64,000 nucleotides of DNA from Oikopleura dioica (taxonomy: Eukaryota; Animalia; Chordata). Positions 60,700 through 64,000 of the stretch are shown here, in pieces (position 1 is the stretch's first letter; every line of letters starts with the position of its first letter). The DNA is taken from assembly GCA_907165135.1 (NCBI GenBank), contig OU015568.1, positions 1,364,001 through 1,428,000 on the forward strand, given 5' to 3'. Below the pieces are notes generated by a model. It was not told where the DNA came from. It saw only the letters and a program-made list of their open reading frames with translations, and made no database searches. Made by a program: the position numbers and the translations under genes.

Positions 60700-62071
60700 G
60701 ATATCCGCTTTTTTTGTCTTTGCGACTCATACTAGTGCAGCTCGTTAAAAATTACGGCATAATCAAGATTGATTTCAGAAAACGTCACCTTGCACTTTTC
60801 TTTATTAACAGAGGAAGCGTTAAAATATTTATGAATCTCTAGTTTTCAGAAAAGATGTAAGGTCAACTTTTTGAATAAAAACATGGTATAAGAACGCTTT
60901 TAAGGTTTCTTATGTATTCTTTGATAACTTACACATGTAGTTTAATTATTTATTCTATATGAAACAAGGTGATTTGACAAGTAATATGGTCAAAAGCTGC
61001 ATATAAGCTTCGAAAATTGATATAAAGCGAGTAAAAACGAGCAAAAGAACACGGAAAAAATGTTAATTTTTCAGATTTTCCTGGTTTTTAACTTCGTTTC
61101 CGCGGGTTATTTTTCCTCCAGGAATAGGCATCAGAATGCAAAGTCAAAGGCGAACATGCGACGACTTCTTTTGACGAGAAAAATATCTGGTAAAAACAAA
61201 ATAATAGGATAAATAACTAAATACTTTTTTAGATCGAAAACTGCGCATTACTGTATCACGTGGTGCCGGAGAAAGGATAGTGCCTGTCCAAAAATTGAGA
61301 GGGATGATATTGAACTTTCCTTGAAAAGAATAATATAGAACAGAAAAATCCCCATTCTCACTGATTTTCTCGTTAAAAAGTCGACCCACTATAATATAAG
61401 AGAAAGTGACCGCTATGATTGTTAACCGTATTCGTTCTGTTGCATAATTCGTTGCAGCAAGAAGCAAAGTCACATTCGGTGTACGTAAGCAAATGAGTTT
61501 TCGAGAGACAGCTCGTCAGAATTCTTGCATTTTTAGGTCATCGAATTCAGAGTACAAAAATGCACGCATGACATCACACTCAACGAATGGTTTATTTAAT
61601 CAAAAGGCAAAGGCGTCAAAAAACAAGAATAATCGGCGTGAAAAAGAAATCCATATCTCGTGTCGTTTTCTGTGTTCTCAGAGCGAAAATGTGGAATTCT
61701 GAGGAGACGTGTTCAAGCTGCCCCGATCCGTATTCATTCCGCTTTTTTTCAACCGCCGCCGTGAAATTCAATTCAATCGTTCACAAAACCATTCTTTTAT
61801 TACGACTTTTTTCCGAACGAGAATAAAGTTGAGCAAGCAATTTCTCCAACTTGTCTGGTTTTCCCTTATTGACCCCTTTTATACTGTTATTTCTGGCGAT
61901 TTCTGGCCTCTAGAAATACGCCTGTAGGCATATATTTCATTACGCTTTATTCATGTAAGGTTCTCGACCCTTTTGGGTTCGTTTTTGTACCAGACACATG
62001 TTGAACAGGAAATAGTCTCACTCCTCAAATTAACAAGCCATCATCAAATTTGAAACATCATAAAAGAGATA

Positions 62072-64000
62072 ATGATCGATAGAGAAACTGTCGACTTGAG
62101 TATACCTTTACCGAAGTTATCGACTGAAGACTATCTTGTTTTTACGGGTCTCCTAGCGATCTCGGTAAGATGGTATTCGGAAGTATTTTGCTAATGATAA
62201 TTTAAGGCATTTATAGGACTCTTTTACGCGTTCATAGACTCGAGGAAAAATGAAAATGAGTCGACTAACAAGTTCGATTCTGATGAAGATGCCTATCTCG
62301 TCGGCAATCGCTCTGTAAGTCCCTAACGCGACTTTACTTCTTGGTAGACAGGAAGTGAATGGCAAGACTAAGTTCATTATTCTATCTAGATGTCATCGTT
62401 TCCTGTGGCTTTATCCTTGACAGCTTCGTTTATGTCTTCAATCACCGTTATATCCACACCTGCCGAGATCTATTTCTATGGAACCATGTTTCTCTGGTTC
62501 TGTGTTTCGTATCTTCTCGTCGCTTTTCTTACCTCTCGAATCTACATGCCGTTCTTTTACCGCCAAGGATTCACAAGCACCTACCAGTATATCGAGAAAC
62601 GATTCGACAGGCAATTCAAGCTGATTCTTTGCGCTGTCTACACTTTTAACTCTGTCGTTTATGCTGGAATCGGTGAGTTACTCGATTTCATTTCCTCTTA
62701 TTGTTTTTTCCTTTAGTTGTTTATGCTCCTGCCTTCGCCATCGAAAAGGTCTGCAATGTTCCAAAGAATCAAGCGATCGCTATTATGGGAGTCGTTTGCT
62801 GCATCTATACTTCTCTGGGCGGCATCAAGGCTGTCATATGGACGGATGTTGTCCAGTATATTTCCATGTACGCCGGTTTCCTCGCGCTTATTTGGAAAGG
62901 CTGCAAAGACATGGGTGTTGATTTCATCTACAATACAGCTCTTGACAATGATCGACTTGTATTCGATGATTTTTCGATGGATCCGCGAGTGCGACATTCT
63001 GTTTTCTCGACCGTCTTTGGCGGCACTTTTGGCCTCTGGCTCGGTAATCATCAAGTTTTCTGCTAGAAACGTCAGATTTTTAGGCTTGTATGGGACGAAT
63101 CAATCGAATGTCCAAAGATACATCTGCTGCAAATCCGAGAAAACAGCAAGAAAGGCAATTTGGATGAACTCTTTTGCACTTATTGCTATAAATATTACTG
63201 CTGCTTTGACAGGATTGATAATGTTTGCTTATTATGTTGGCTGTGATCCACTATCAGGTAAATTTTTAGACATGAATAAGGAAAAAGAGTCGTTTAGCCG
63301 GTGTAATCGATAAAAAAGACCAGCTGGTGCCCTACATGGTGATGCAAAAGCTGTCAGAGTACAAGGGGCTTCCTGGCCTCTTCTTAGCTTCAGCCACTTC
63401 CGGTACACTCTCGACTGTCTCCAGCGGAATAAATGGCTTGTGCGCTGTTCTCATCGATGAACTGAAATCGAGCTTTGGTGTTGTTCGCAAAAATAGCTAT
63501 CTTTGGTCAAGAGTCATCGTCTTCATCGCTGGCGTCTTTGTCATTCTCGCCGCCTATGGCGCCGATGCTCTTGGCAACACTGTTCTTCAGGCGTCAATGA
63601 GTGTTAATGGAATCGTTGCAGGACCAACCTTGGGGTTGTTTTCTTTGGGAATGTTCTGCCCGTGGGTTTCCAAGACTCCCGCGAAAATTGGCTATTTTAC
63701 GGGACTCGGGCTTGCGATTGCTTTTTATGTGATGAGCAATCCTACTGATGAGTTTACGAAGCCATTAGAAGGTAGCAAAATTTTTTTGTTCGAATAGAAT
63801 GATCGTTATTTTTAGTGAATACGATGCAGTGTTTCAATCAATCCTCACTACCTGAATCTTCTCCTGCGTCTTACTTATCCGAAGACCAAAGTTCTTTCCA
63901 AATTTCTTACGTTTTTCTGTCGACAACAGGTCTTTTCGCCACTATTATTGCTGCTTTGATGAGTTCCTTCCTTTTCCCAATTCCTCCACAAGATCAAAGA
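62072..64000 (+). CDS. SLC5 sodium:solute symporter (SMCT/SMVT/NIS-like); truncated by window end
   Basis: DYLVF, YLVGNRSMSSFPVALSLTASFMS, YQYIEKRF, GGIKAVIWTDVVQ, GTNQSNVQRY, GLPGLFLA and SGTLSTVSSGING. Confidence 0.95.

Noticed and set aside
61100-61930. Scattered C-x3-C-containing frames
   Set aside because: All candidate frames contain stops and no splice model could be supported.

Overview
This is eukaryotic DNA from a very compact, intron-dense animal genome, most likely the appendicularian tunicate Oikopleura (dioica-like). That assignment is an inference from 30-60 nt introns, several GA-AG/GG-AG introns, TTTCAG acceptors just upstream of start codons, short intergenic spacers and repeated Cys-rich/kelch-like genes. 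About 25 protein-coding genes are present. Recognisable ones are the vinculin 3' end, SAM synthetase, WDR11, a divergent NADP-type IDH, EXT2, ADP/ATP carrier, MTHFS, SLC4A11, an ApoD-like lipocalin, CatSper3-like, SLC17, SAAL1, an O-fucosyltransferase-like gene and an SLC5 5' part; the rest are lineage-specific secreted or orphan genes. The window also has one tRNA-Asp(GTC) and ten non-autonomous DNA transposons (TTAA-type and 8-bp-TSD hAT-type). One of these carries a 15-copy 56-bp hairpin minisatellite, which is not a CRISPR array. The most interesting observations: (1) an IDH paralog with substitutions at G97, N101, Y139 and R314; (2) an intronless, potentially myristoylated protein with a kinase-free KEN/RNase L-like R-N-x-x-x-H motif; (3) a MITE whose end supplies a replacement splice donor; (4) overlapping IDH/EXT2 stop codons; (5) a CatSper3-like subunit with a fully charged S4. 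Gene coordinates are spans from start to stop codon including introns. All splicing was inferred by eye, and no database search was possible.
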